NCBI GenBank assembly: GCA_036676495.1
Contig: JAKFCT010000028.1
Span: 64,001-128,000 of the forward strand
Source: Candidatus Sericytochromatia bacterium
Lineage (GTDB): Bacteria; Cyanobacteriota; Sericytochromatia; S15B-MN24; UBA4093
Direction: 5' to 3'
Length of the DNA: 64,000 nt
A program made the translations under genes and the position numbers. The notes beneath the pieces were generated by a model. That model worked only from the letters and a program-made list of their open reading frames with translations. It did no database searches and had not been told where the DNA came from. Positions within the stretch are counted from its first letter, which is position 1. Each line of letters begins with the position of its first letter. Positions 46,760-54,578 of this stretch are shown piece after piece.

Positions 46760-46837
46760 GATCCAGTCCTGGTGCCTGTCGAGCGGGGTTCACCTCTGGT
46801 ATACTGGGAAGAGCCCCCGCTTCCGAGAGGAAAAATC

Positions 46838-47284
46838 ATGCCTTACGCCGAGGACGCCCTCCGCATCCTCAAGAGCCGCGGATACCGGATCACCCAACCT
46901 CGCCGCAAGGTCCTCGAACTGCTCGAAAAGACCGAGACGGCGCTTTCACCGTACGAGATCAAGGATCTCCTGGACGCGGCGGGCGAGCGCGTGGACACGG
47001 TCAGCATCTACCGCATCCTCGAATGCCTCGAGGACAACCACCTGATCCACCGGGTCCTCACCTCGGGCAAGGTCCACAAATGCGACCTCGAAAGCGAGGA
47101 CCACTGCCACCTGGAGCAGGAGGACCACTGTCATCACAACCTCATCTGCCGCTCCTGCGGCGCGATCGAGGAGGTCCACTGTCCCGGCCTGAGCCCCATG
47201 GAAGCCGAGCTGGCAAAGCAGGCAGGCTTCACGATCGAGGCGCATCACCTGGAGTTCAGCGGCCTCTGCCGGAAATGTAGCTGA
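46838..47284 (+). CDS. zur: Fur-family regulator, probably Zur
   Basis: GYRITQPR, SIYRIL, HHNLICRSCG, FSGLCRKC; embedded in the zinc cluster. Confidence 0.85.
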   Translation: MPYAEDALRILKSRGYRITQPRRKVLELLEKTETALSPYEIKDLLDAAGERVDTVSIYRILECLEDNHLIHRVLTSGKVHKCDLESEDHCHLEQEDHCHHNLICRSCGAIEEVHCPGLSPMEAELAKQAGFTIEAHHLEFSGLCRKCS

Positions 47285-47318
47285 GCCCGCGAGACGGCCG
47301 GCTCCGGGAGGGTATCTC

Positions 47319-47490
47319 AACCCTGCTGCATCTAGGTTCGGATCCGGAGGTAGGATGAGCCCTACAGGGAGCTCCTCGGAACGGAGCAAGCCTAGCGCCT
47401 GCGGCTCTTCCGAAAGGCAGCGAGCGAGGGCGAAACGCACGTGACGACGACGGTCGTGCGTATCGCTCGCTGGCCTGCAGGAAGGGCGTT
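47319..47490 (+). ncRNA. Unknown structured element, copy B
   Basis: Same conserved cores and stem topology as copy A; ends about 10 nt before the RBS of the His-rich gene. Confidence 0.6.
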
Positions 47491-47513
47491 AGCCATCGGA
47501 AAGGAGCGAGTCC

Positions 47514-47831
47514 ATGGAATGCCAGACCCATGACCAGCACTCCCACGTCCACGGCGACGCCTGTGGACATCCCGGCATCCGGCACCAGGATCACGTCGAC
47601 TACCTGCATGACGGCCACTTGCATCATGCCCATGCGGGTCACGTCGACGAGCATCGCCTGGAGGTGAACGCGGCCAATCCCGCCGACTGCAAGCCCATGG
47701 TCTGTAGGGAAACCCACGACATGGCGATTCCCCATGGGGATCACGTCGACTATCTCAGCAACAACGGCCATCTTCATCGTCGCCACCTCGACCACTGCGA
47801 TGATCATGGCCCGGTCACGCTGCTCCAGTAA
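47514..47831 (+). CDS. Small His/Cys-rich metal-binding protein with duplicated HxDHVDYL..GHLH motif
   Basis: RBS aaaggag; internal repeat HQDHVDYLHDGHLH / HGDHVDYLSNNGHLH. Confidence 0.85.
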   Translation: MECQTHDQHSHVHGDACGHPGIRHQDHVDYLHDGHLHHAHAGHVDEHRLEVNAANPADCKPMVCRETHDMAIPHGDHVDYLSNNGHLHRRHLDHCDDHGPVTLLQ

Positions 47832-47839
47832 GCGCCAAA

Positions 47840-47875
47840 CGAAAGGGGCGGCCTCGAACGAGGCCGCCCCTTTCG
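47840..47875. terminator. Bidirectional terminator
   Basis: cgaaaggggcggcctcg / cgaggccgcccctttcg perfect stem between convergent genes. Confidence 0.8.
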
Positions 47876-47887
47876 ACTTTGAAGGGC

Positions 47888-48733
47888 TTAGTGACCGTGA
47901 TGCACCAGTTGCTCGATGAGCCAGAAGCTTCCGCCGCCCACCAGGACGAGCCATGCGCCGGCCGAGGTCGTCGCCGCAGCCGGGATGAGCTGGGCCAACG
48001 CGACGAAGAGCAGGATGCCGGCTGCGAAGGGGAGGGCGAAGGGGACCAACGGCCCCATCAGGAAGGGCATGAGGGCTCCGAGCAGCAAGGCGACACCGAC
48101 GATGATGACCGCCCGGCGGGCCATCCGCTGGCTGGCGCCGGCGGCCAGCGTCACGGACGCCGCGAGGATGCCCTCGGGAAGCAAGTGCAGGAGCAGGCCG
48201 ACCATGACCAGCCAGCCAAGGGTCGATCCGGCCGCGAAGGAGGCCGAAAGCGCGACTCCGTCGAAGAACGTGCAGACCGCCAGGCATCCAAGAGCCGAGC
48301 AAGCGGCTCCGTGGCCCAGGATCGGGTGGCCGCAGGCGGCGTGCGCGTGATCCGGGTGATCGCCATGGCCGTCACCGTGGTCGTGACCGTGATCATGCGA
48401 GTAGTCATGGTGATGGGCGCAGCCGTCGTCATGGTGCGACACGTCGAGGAAGGAGAGTCGGGGGGCGATCCAGCGGTCAAAGGCGAAAACGGCCGCTGCC
48501 GCGGCCAGGACGAGCGCGAAGACCTCATGCGCCTCTCCACCGGCTTGCTCCACCGAAGCCGGCAGCAGTTCGAGCAGCACCAGGGCCACCAGGAATCCGG
48601 CGCCCAGCGCCATGACGCCGCGGAGGCGGGAAGGAGTCAGCCAGTCCCGCGAGAGGTTCGCAAACCAGAGCCCGCCGGCCATCGTCACCGAGGCCGCCAG
48701 CAAGCCATAGGTCAAGTTCAACGTGTTTTCCAT
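47888..48733 (-). CDS. ZIP (ZupT-like) divalent metal transporter
   Basis: GAGF...LELLP, His-rich loop, FFDGVAL, LHLLPEG. Confidence 0.9.
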   Translation of the reverse strand: MENTLNLTYGLLAASVTMAGGLWFANLSRDWLTPSRLRGVMALGAGFLVALVLLELLPASVEQAGGEAHEVFALVLAAAAAVFAFDRWIAPRLSFLDVSHHDDGCAHHHDYSHDHGHDHGDGHGDHPDHAHAACGHPILGHGAACSALGCLAVCTFFDGVALSASFAAGSTLGWLVMVGLLLHLLPEGILAASVTLAAGASQRMARRAVIIVGVALLLGALMPFLMGPLVPFALPFAAGILLFVALAQLIPAAATTSAGAWLVLVGGGSFWLIEQLVHHGH

Positions 48734-48762
48734 GGGGATGGGCGATCCTCTCGGGAAGCTTT

Positions 48763-48809
48763 TTGCAATAACATTACTATAGAGTAAGGTTTCTCTCCCC
48801 GGGCGTCAA
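48763..48809 (-). promoter_or_regulatory. Sigma70 promoter with putative Zur box for the ZIP gene
   Basis: TTGACG-17 bp-TACTCT directly followed by ATAGTAATGTTATTGCAA. Confidence 0.7.
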
Positions 48810-48926
48810 GCAGGAAAGCCGCTGGGCGAGCAGGTTACTGGCTTCCCGCTTCATGCGAGAAGGCCCTCGGAGCGATGCTCCGAGGGCCTTCTCGACACTG
48901 AGGCGCTTGCGATACCGCCGCCGGCG

Positions 48927-49640
48927 TTACTTGGCGGCGGCGGCTTCCTTGGCGCGGATGCAGCGGTACCCGACCCCACGGACGGTCTTGATCTCGACCG
49001 GGCATTCCGTGTAGCGCTCGAGTTTCTCGCGCAGGCGGCAGATATGCACGTCCACCACCCGGTCGTCCCCGAAGAAGTCGTCTCCCCAGACCCGGTAAAG
49101 GATGGTGTCGCGGCTGATCGCCTTGCCGACGTTGCTGACGAGCAACTGCAGGAGCGAGTACTCCTTGAACGGCAGCTCCAGCAGCTCGTCGTTGATGGTC
49201 ACCGTGTGCTGATCGGTGTCGATCACGAGGCTGTCGATGGCGAGGCGGTTGGGGGACTCGTCCATGTGGCGCTTGATCCGGTCCACCCGGCGCAGGTTGG
49301 CCTTGACGCGCGCGGTCAGCTCGATGAGGCTGAACGGCTTGGTCATGTACTCGTCGGCGCCGATGGCGAGCCCGACGACCTTGTCGGTGTCGGTGCCCTT
49401 GGCGGTCAGCATGATGATCGGCATGACCGATTCCGGGCGCATGGTGCGGCAAACTTCCAGCCCGTCCACGTCCGGCATCATGAGGTCCAGGATCATCAGG
49501 TCGGGGCGTTCCCGGCGGGCCGTGTCAATGGCGGCCTTGCCGCTCGCGACGGTCAGCACCGAATAACCTTCGTACTCCAGCTGCTTCTGCAGCAGGAGCC
49601 GGATGTTCGGGTCGTCGTCAGCGACCAAGATCTTCGCCAT
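48927..49640 (-). CDS. Orphan OmpR/PhoB/WalR-like response regulator
   Basis: KILVADDD, LDLMMP, GADEYMTKPF, RVVDVHI..LREKLE, IKTVRGVGY; hairpin at 48856-48894 downstream. Confidence 0.95.
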   Translation of the reverse strand: MAKILVADDDPNIRLLLQKQLEYEGYSVLTVASGKAAIDTARRERPDLMILDLMMPDVDGLEVCRTMRPESVMPIIMLTAKGTDTDKVVGLAIGADEYMTKPFSLIELTARVKANLRRVDRIKRHMDESPNRLAIDSLVIDTDQHTVTINDELLELPFKEYSLLQLLVSNVGKAISRDTILYRVWGDDFFGDDRVVDVHICRLREKLERYTECPVEIKTVRGVGYRCIRAKEAAAAK

Positions 49641-49893
49641 GGGTACGTCCTCCTTCGAGCGGGGGGTTCGTGGTTACTGCTTTTTTACCCCGCGGCACCG
49701 GCGTTCTCACGCCTCGGGCCAAGGGCTTCACATACTTTGAACCCCGACGCTCTTACGGGGGGCTTTCGCAAAGGTTGCAGGATTGTGAACCCGCTCTTCC
49801 ACCTCACTCAAGAGCAAGGACGCTCACCAAACGGCGAAATTCCGCTATACTGAGTGCTGTGCCATCCAGACGACGGTGTCAAAAGGACCACGC

Positions 49894-51264
49894 ATGTTCA
49901 ACAAGATCCTGATCGCCAACCGCGGCGAGATTGCCCTGCGCATCCTGCGCGCCTGCGAAACGCTCGGCATCCCGGCCGTCACGGTCCACTCCGAGGCCGA
50001 CGCCGATGCCCCTCACGCTCGACTGGCGAGCGAGACCTACCTGATCGGACCCGCTCCGGTCTCTCAGAGTTACCTGTCGATCGCGGCGATTCTCGACGTG
50101 GCGAAGCGCTCGGGAGCCGATGCGATTCACCCCGGCTACGGCCTCCTCTCCGAGAACGCCGACTTCGCCGAGGCCTGCGCCCGCGAAGGCATCACCTTCA
50201 TCGGGCCCCGGCCCGAGTTGCTCCGCATGATGGGGTCCAAATCCGCTGCCCGCGAAGCGATGGCCCAGGCGGGAGTGCCGATTCTGCCGGGTACCGCGGA
50301 GCTTCCGGACGTCGAGACCGCCATCCAGGAGGCCAACCGTTTCGGCTACCCGGTCATGTTGAAGGCCACCTCCGGCGGGGGCGGGATTGGCATGCAGGTG
50401 GTCCACTCCGACGAGGATCTCGCCAAGGCGTACAAGACCTGCTCGGCCCGTGCCAAGGCTTACTTCGGCGACGGGGGCATGTACCTCGAGAAGTTCCTCG
50501 AGTCGCCGCGCCACATCGAGATCCAGGTGCTCGCCGACGCGCATGGCCATGCCGTTCACCTCAACGAGCGGGAATGCTCCATCCAGCGGCGCCACCAGAA
50601 GGTCGTCGAGGAGGCTCCGAGCCCCGCGCTCGACGCCGGCTTGCGCCAGCGCATGGGGGAGGTCGCCCTCCAGGCCGTGAAGAGCCTCGGCTACACCAAT
50701 GCCGGCACCTTCGAGTTCCTCATGGACGCCGAGCGGAACTTCTACTTCCTCGAGATGAACACCCGCCTCCAGGTCGAGCATCCGGTGACCGAGATGACCA
50801 CCGGGGTCGATCTCGTGGCGTGGCAGATACGGATCGCCGCCGGCGAGGCGCTCGCGCTTCGGCAGGAGAGCCTGGCTCCCCAGGGCCATGCCATCGAGGT
50901 GCGCCTTTATGCCGAAGACCCCGTGACCTTCTTCCCGGCTCCGGGAACCCTCGGCACGGTGACCTGGCCCGAAGCGCCGCATATCCGGATCGACACCTGG
51001 GTGGGCGACGGCACGGTCGTCTCCCCGCACTACGATCCGATGCTGGCGAAGCTGATCGTCCACGGCGCCACCCGCGCGGAGGCCATCACGCGTCTGCAAG
51101 AAGCCCTGGAGGCGACCGCCTTCGAGGGCCTCAAGACCAACCTGCCCTTGTTGAAGCAAGTGGCTGGGACGCCGGCCTTCGCCGAAGGCGCGCTCCACAC
51201 CGGTTTCATCGCTGTCCACTGCACGCCCCAGCCCGCGGTCCCGTCCGCCGGCGGCGCCCGCTAG
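49894..51264 (+). CDS. Biotin carboxylase subunit (methylcrotonyl-CoA carboxylase alpha-like, YngH-type)
   Basis: KILIANRGEIA, HPGYG.LSEN, GGGGIGM, ERECSIQRRHQK, EMNTRLQVEH. Confidence 0.93.
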   Translation: MFNKILIANRGEIALRILRACETLGIPAVTVHSEADADAPHARLASETYLIGPAPVSQSYLSIAAILDVAKRSGADAIHPGYGLLSENADFAEACAREGITFIGPRPELLRMMGSKSAAREAMAQAGVPILPGTAELPDVETAIQEANRFGYPVMLKATSGGGGIGMQVVHSDEDLAKAYKTCSARAKAYFGDGGMYLEKFLESPRHIEIQVLADAHGHAVHLNERECSIQRRHQKVVEEAPSPALDAGLRQRMGEVALQAVKSLGYTNAGTFEFLMDAERNFYFLEMNTRLQVEHPVTEMTTGVDLVAWQIRIAAGEALALRQESLAPQGHAIEVRLYAEDPVTFFPAPGTLGTVTWPEAPHIRIDTWVGDGTVVSPHYDPMLAKLIVHGATRAEAITRLQEALEATAFEGLKTNLPLLKQVAGTPAFAEGALHTGFIAVHCTPQPAVPSAGGAR

Positions 51265-51300
51265 GCGCCCGCGGCATTCCCTGAAACGAAAGGAACTCCC

Positions 51301-51513
51301 ATGGCCACCATCACCTCCAACATGGCAGGAACCATCATCGAGATCCCCGTGAACGTCGGCGACTCCGTCTCGGAAGGCCAGGACGTGGCTTGCCTCGAGT
51401 CGATGAAGATGCAGATGTACATCCAGGCCGAGACCGGCGGCAAGGTCAAGGAGATCAAGGTCAACCCCGGCGACTTCGTCAACGAGGGAGACGCGATCCT
51501 GGAGCTGGAGTAA
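51301..51513 (+). CDS. Stand-alone biotin carboxyl carrier protein
   Basis: 70 aa with ESMKM biotinylation motif. Confidence 0.93.
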   Translation: MATITSNMAGTIIEIPVNVGDSVSEGQDVACLESMKMQMYIQAETGGKVKEIKVNPGDFVNEGDAILELE

Positions 51514-51514
51514 G

Positions 51515-52429
51515 ATGCCCCTGCGGCTGCCTGAAAAGGTCCGGATCGTCGAGGTCAGCCCGCGCGACGGCCTGCAAAACGAGAAGGCGGTCGTTCCGAC
51601 CGAGGACAAGATCAGGCTGATCGACGCCCTCTCGGAGACCGGGCTGTCGCACATCGAGGTCTCGTCCTTCGTCAATCCGCGCTGGATTCCGCCGCTGGCC
51701 GACGCGTTCGACGTCTTCCAAGGCATCCGGCGCCAGCCCGGAATCGTCTACTCGGCCCTCGTCCCCAACCTCAAGGGCTACGAGCGGGCGGTCGAGGCCG
51801 GGATCGACGAGGCCGTGATCTTCATGTCCAGCTCGGAGACCCACAGCCGCAAGAACATCAACAAGAGCATCGACGAGACCCTCCCGGTCCTCCGGGAGGT
51901 CGCCGAGCATGCCCTCGCGGACGGCAAGACCGTCCGCGCCTACATCTCGACCGTTTTCGGCTGCCCTTACGAGGGTCCGGTCGATCCCCAGCGCGTGCTG
52001 GAGATCGTCCGGGAGCTCAAGGACATGGGAGTTCGCGAGATCTCCCTGGGCGACACGGTCGGCCTGGCCAACCCGCAGCAGGTCACCCGGATGGTGGAGC
52101 TCATGGCCGAGCACTTCGACCTGGAGTTCTTCGCCCTGCACTTCCACGACACCCGTGGGACGGCCCTGGCCAACGTGCTCGCGGGACTCATGGCCGGCAT
52201 CACCACCTTCGACAGTTCGCTGGGCGGCCTCGGCGGCTGCCCCTACGCCCCCGGGGCCACGGGCAACGTGGCCACCGAGGACATGGTCTACATGCTCGAG
52301 GAGATGGGAGTCGCCACCGGCGTCGACCTGAACCGGCTCGTGGAGGCCTCGCGCTTCATGCAGGGAGTGCTCGGCCGCGAACTGCCCAGCCGCTACCTCA
52401 AGAGCCGCCTTTCGGCCTGCGAAGTCTAA
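51515..52429 (+). CDS. Hydroxymethylglutaryl-CoA lyase
   Basis: PRDGLQNE, SFV.P..IP, LHFHDT.G, GLGGCPYAPGATGN. Confidence 0.95.
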   Translation: MPLRLPEKVRIVEVSPRDGLQNEKAVVPTEDKIRLIDALSETGLSHIEVSSFVNPRWIPPLADAFDVFQGIRRQPGIVYSALVPNLKGYERAVEAGIDEAVIFMSSSETHSRKNINKSIDETLPVLREVAEHALADGKTVRAYISTVFGCPYEGPVDPQRVLEIVRELKDMGVREISLGDTVGLANPQQVTRMVELMAEHFDLEFFALHFHDTRGTALANVLAGLMAGITTFDSSLGGLGGCPYAPGATGNVATEDMVYMLEEMGVATGVDLNRLVEASRFMQGVLGRELPSRYLKSRLSACEV

Positions 52430-52443
52430 TTCAAGAGGAAGCC

Positions 52444-53235
52444 ATGACCTCCATGACCACGAGCCCCATCCTGACCGAACGCCGCGGGCACGTCGCCCTC
52501 ATCACCCTGAACCGCCCGGACGCCATGAACGCCTGCAACCAGGCGCTCCTGGCGAGCCTGCGCGAGGCCCTGGACACGCTTCGCTTCGACCCGGAGGTCC
52601 GGGTGATCCTCGTGACCGGAGCGGGCGAGAAGGCCTTCTGCGCGGGAGCCGATCTCAAAGAACGCGCCGGGATGACTCCCATGGAAGTGAAACGCTTCAT
52701 CGTGACCATCCGCGACACGTTCTCGTTGCTGGAGGCCATGGGCAAGCCCGTGATCGCCGCCATCAATGGCGTGGCGCTGGGAGGCGGCACCGAGCTCGCC
52801 CTGGCGTGCGACATCCGGATTGCCGCGGAAACCGCCGTGCTCGGCCTCACCGAGACCGGGCTGGGGATCATCCCCGGAGCCGGCGGCACCCAGCGGCTGC
52901 CCCGACTGGTCGGCAAGGGGAAGGCCAAGGAGCTGATCTTCACGGCGCGGCGCCTCTGCGCGGCGGAAGCCCATGCCATCGGCATGCTCGAGCAGGTCGT
53001 CCCTCCCGGGGACTTGCTCGAGACGGCGCTGCAGATGGCCGAGCGGATCGCGGAGAATGGCCCGCTCGCCGTCGAGCAGGCCAAGTACGCCATCAACGCC
53101 GGCATGGAGACCGATCTCGCCACCGGCCTCGTCCTCGAGTCCCGGTGCTACGACGTGATCATCCCCACCCAGGACCGGCTCGAGGGGCTTGCGGCCTTCC
53201 GGGAGAAGCGCAAGCCCCAGTACCGCGGCGAGTAG
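52444..53235 (+). CDS. Enoyl-CoA hydratase, probably methylglutaconyl-CoA hydratase (YngF-type)
   Basis: AFCAGADLKER, ALGGGTELALACD, IPGAGGTQRLPRL; operon context. Confidence 0.9.
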   Translation: MTSMTTSPILTERRGHVALITLNRPDAMNACNQALLASLREALDTLRFDPEVRVILVTGAGEKAFCAGADLKERAGMTPMEVKRFIVTIRDTFSLLEAMGKPVIAAINGVALGGGTELALACDIRIAAETAVLGLTETGLGIIPGAGGTQRLPRLVGKGKAKELIFTARRLCAAEAHAIGMLEQVVPPGDLLETALQMAERIAENGPLAVEQAKYAINAGMETDLATGLVLESRCYDVIIPTQDRLEGLAAFREKRKPQYRGE

Positions 53236-54144
53236 CTAGTTGACGGTGATCGTCCCGTAACTGCCCTCGCCCATGCCGGAGATGACCGTGTAGAGGCCCC
53301 GCTCGGTCATGAGCACGCTGAACGGCACCTCCACCTGCTGAGGAATCGGTCCCATGACGGCCCGCGTGTCCGGCAACGATAAGCCGGTCACGCGGATTTG
53401 CCGATCCTGCACGTACGCGTCCACCGAGGACTTGCCCAGGCCGTTGGTCCAGAACCGGGCGACCATCTGCACCCGTTGGCCCACGCGGGCGCTCGTCGGC
53501 AGTTGGACGCTGGTGATCTGGCGTGAGACGAGCTTGGGATTGCCCAGCAAGGCCTCATCAGCCGGGAAAGCGGCCGGCTTGATGCTTCCCCAGAGTTCGG
53601 GCATCGGACTGGGGGCCGGGCTGGCCGCGCCGGGACGGGGCCAGGTCCCCGCCGTGCCGCGGGCCGCGCTCACCATGATCGAGAGCCTCCGGGGCTGCAG
53701 GTCGAAATGATAGGTGCCGGCCGACGGCGGGGTGAAGGCCACCTCGAAGTCGACGGGCGTCTCGGCCGCGTCGGGATGCGGCACATCGGCCTCGGCCCGC
53801 AGGGTGTAAGTGATGGGGGCGGGCGTCCCGAAGCCTCCCCCGAACGGCGAGCGCGGCGTCGGGGTGGGGGACGGAGCCAGTGACTGGACGTCCAGGCCGA
53901 CGACCTGGCTGCCGGCCGGGAGCATGGCGCGGCCCTTGAGGGTGGCGGTCTGGCCCGCCTCCATGGTGTCGGGACCGCTCAGGAACAGGAGCGGGGCGAG
54001 GACCGTTCGGGGATCCGGGGGGAAATCGGGAGGGCCTGGCACCGGGGACTGCGTCGCAGGCGGCGATGGAGGTGCGGCCGGCGGGGTGAACTGGCACGCG
54101 GCGAGCACCGCCGCGGCGAGGCCCCAAGGCAACAACCGTCGCAT
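53236..54144 (-). CDS. Hypothetical Pro-rich lipoprotein with two Ig-like domains
   Basis: RBS gaggagg; lipobox LAAC; two FTP..AGTY / V.F....RGLY type strands. Confidence 0.7.
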   Translation of the reverse strand: MRRLLPWGLAAAVLAACQFTPPAAPPSPPATQSPVPGPPDFPPDPRTVLAPLLFLSGPDTMEAGQTATLKGRAMLPAGSQVVGLDVQSLAPSPTPTPRSPFGGGFGTPAPITYTLRAEADVPHPDAAETPVDFEVAFTPPSAGTYHFDLQPRRLSIMVSAARGTAGTWPRPGAASPAPSPMPELWGSIKPAAFPADEALLGNPKLVSRQITSVQLPTSARVGQRVQMVARFWTNGLGKSSVDAYVQDRQIRVTGLSLPDTRAVMGPIPQQVEVPFSVLMTERGLYTVISGMGEGSYGTITVN

Positions 54145-54423
54145 GACAACCTCCTCTCTGAAGCATGCCCAGTCTAAGCCTTGCTCAGATGCCTGGGTAT
54201 CGTCTGCTTGAATGGAAGTTTTTGGGTCCCCCCGTTGCCTGGCGCAGAAGCGCTCGGGGAGGCAGGGCTCGGCCCTTGAGGGCCTGGTCTTGCTTCTCGG
54301 TACAACCGCCAAAGCTCCTTGCCATCCCAGACAAGCGTAACCCTTGGCTTCAAACTTCCGATTCAATGTTTGACCGGATCCGGGTCAAACAAGCCGCCAT
54401 TAGCAACACCGAGCGGTAGAGCG

Positions 54424-54452
54424 TTGTGCCAAGACCAGGCCCCCCCTACAAT
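54424..54452 (+). promoter_or_regulatory. Sigma70 promoter of the 54579 gene
   Basis: TTGTGC-17 bp-TACAAT, implying a structured leader of about 120 nt. Confidence 0.5.
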
Positions 54453-54578
54453 CCCCCTTGCGAGTCGGAACTGAAAGCCCGAATCGCAAACAGGTCAACA
54501 CCCCCTCATCCGACGATTTGGCAAGCGTGGGTCCCGATCGCGGAAGAGACGGAGGGGGCGTTTGAAAAGGAGGATCAA

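Noticed and set aside
45020-47490. Elements A/B as known RNAs (NiCo, M-box, yybP or cobalamin riboswitch, SRP, 6S, tmRNA, RNase P, hammerhead) or as CRISPR repeats or retron ncRNA
   Set aside because: Diagnostic consensus sequences not seen; only two copies, 2 kb apart and inverted; no cas or RT genes in the window; A has no downstream gene on its strand. An Rfam search is still needed.
47312-47494. Element B read as an integron attC site (starts ...CTCAAC, ends GGCGTTAGCC)
   Set aside because: Copy A lacks the AAC/GTT boxes, covariation supports a different pairing, no extrahelical-base pattern is evident, and there is no integrase or cassette array
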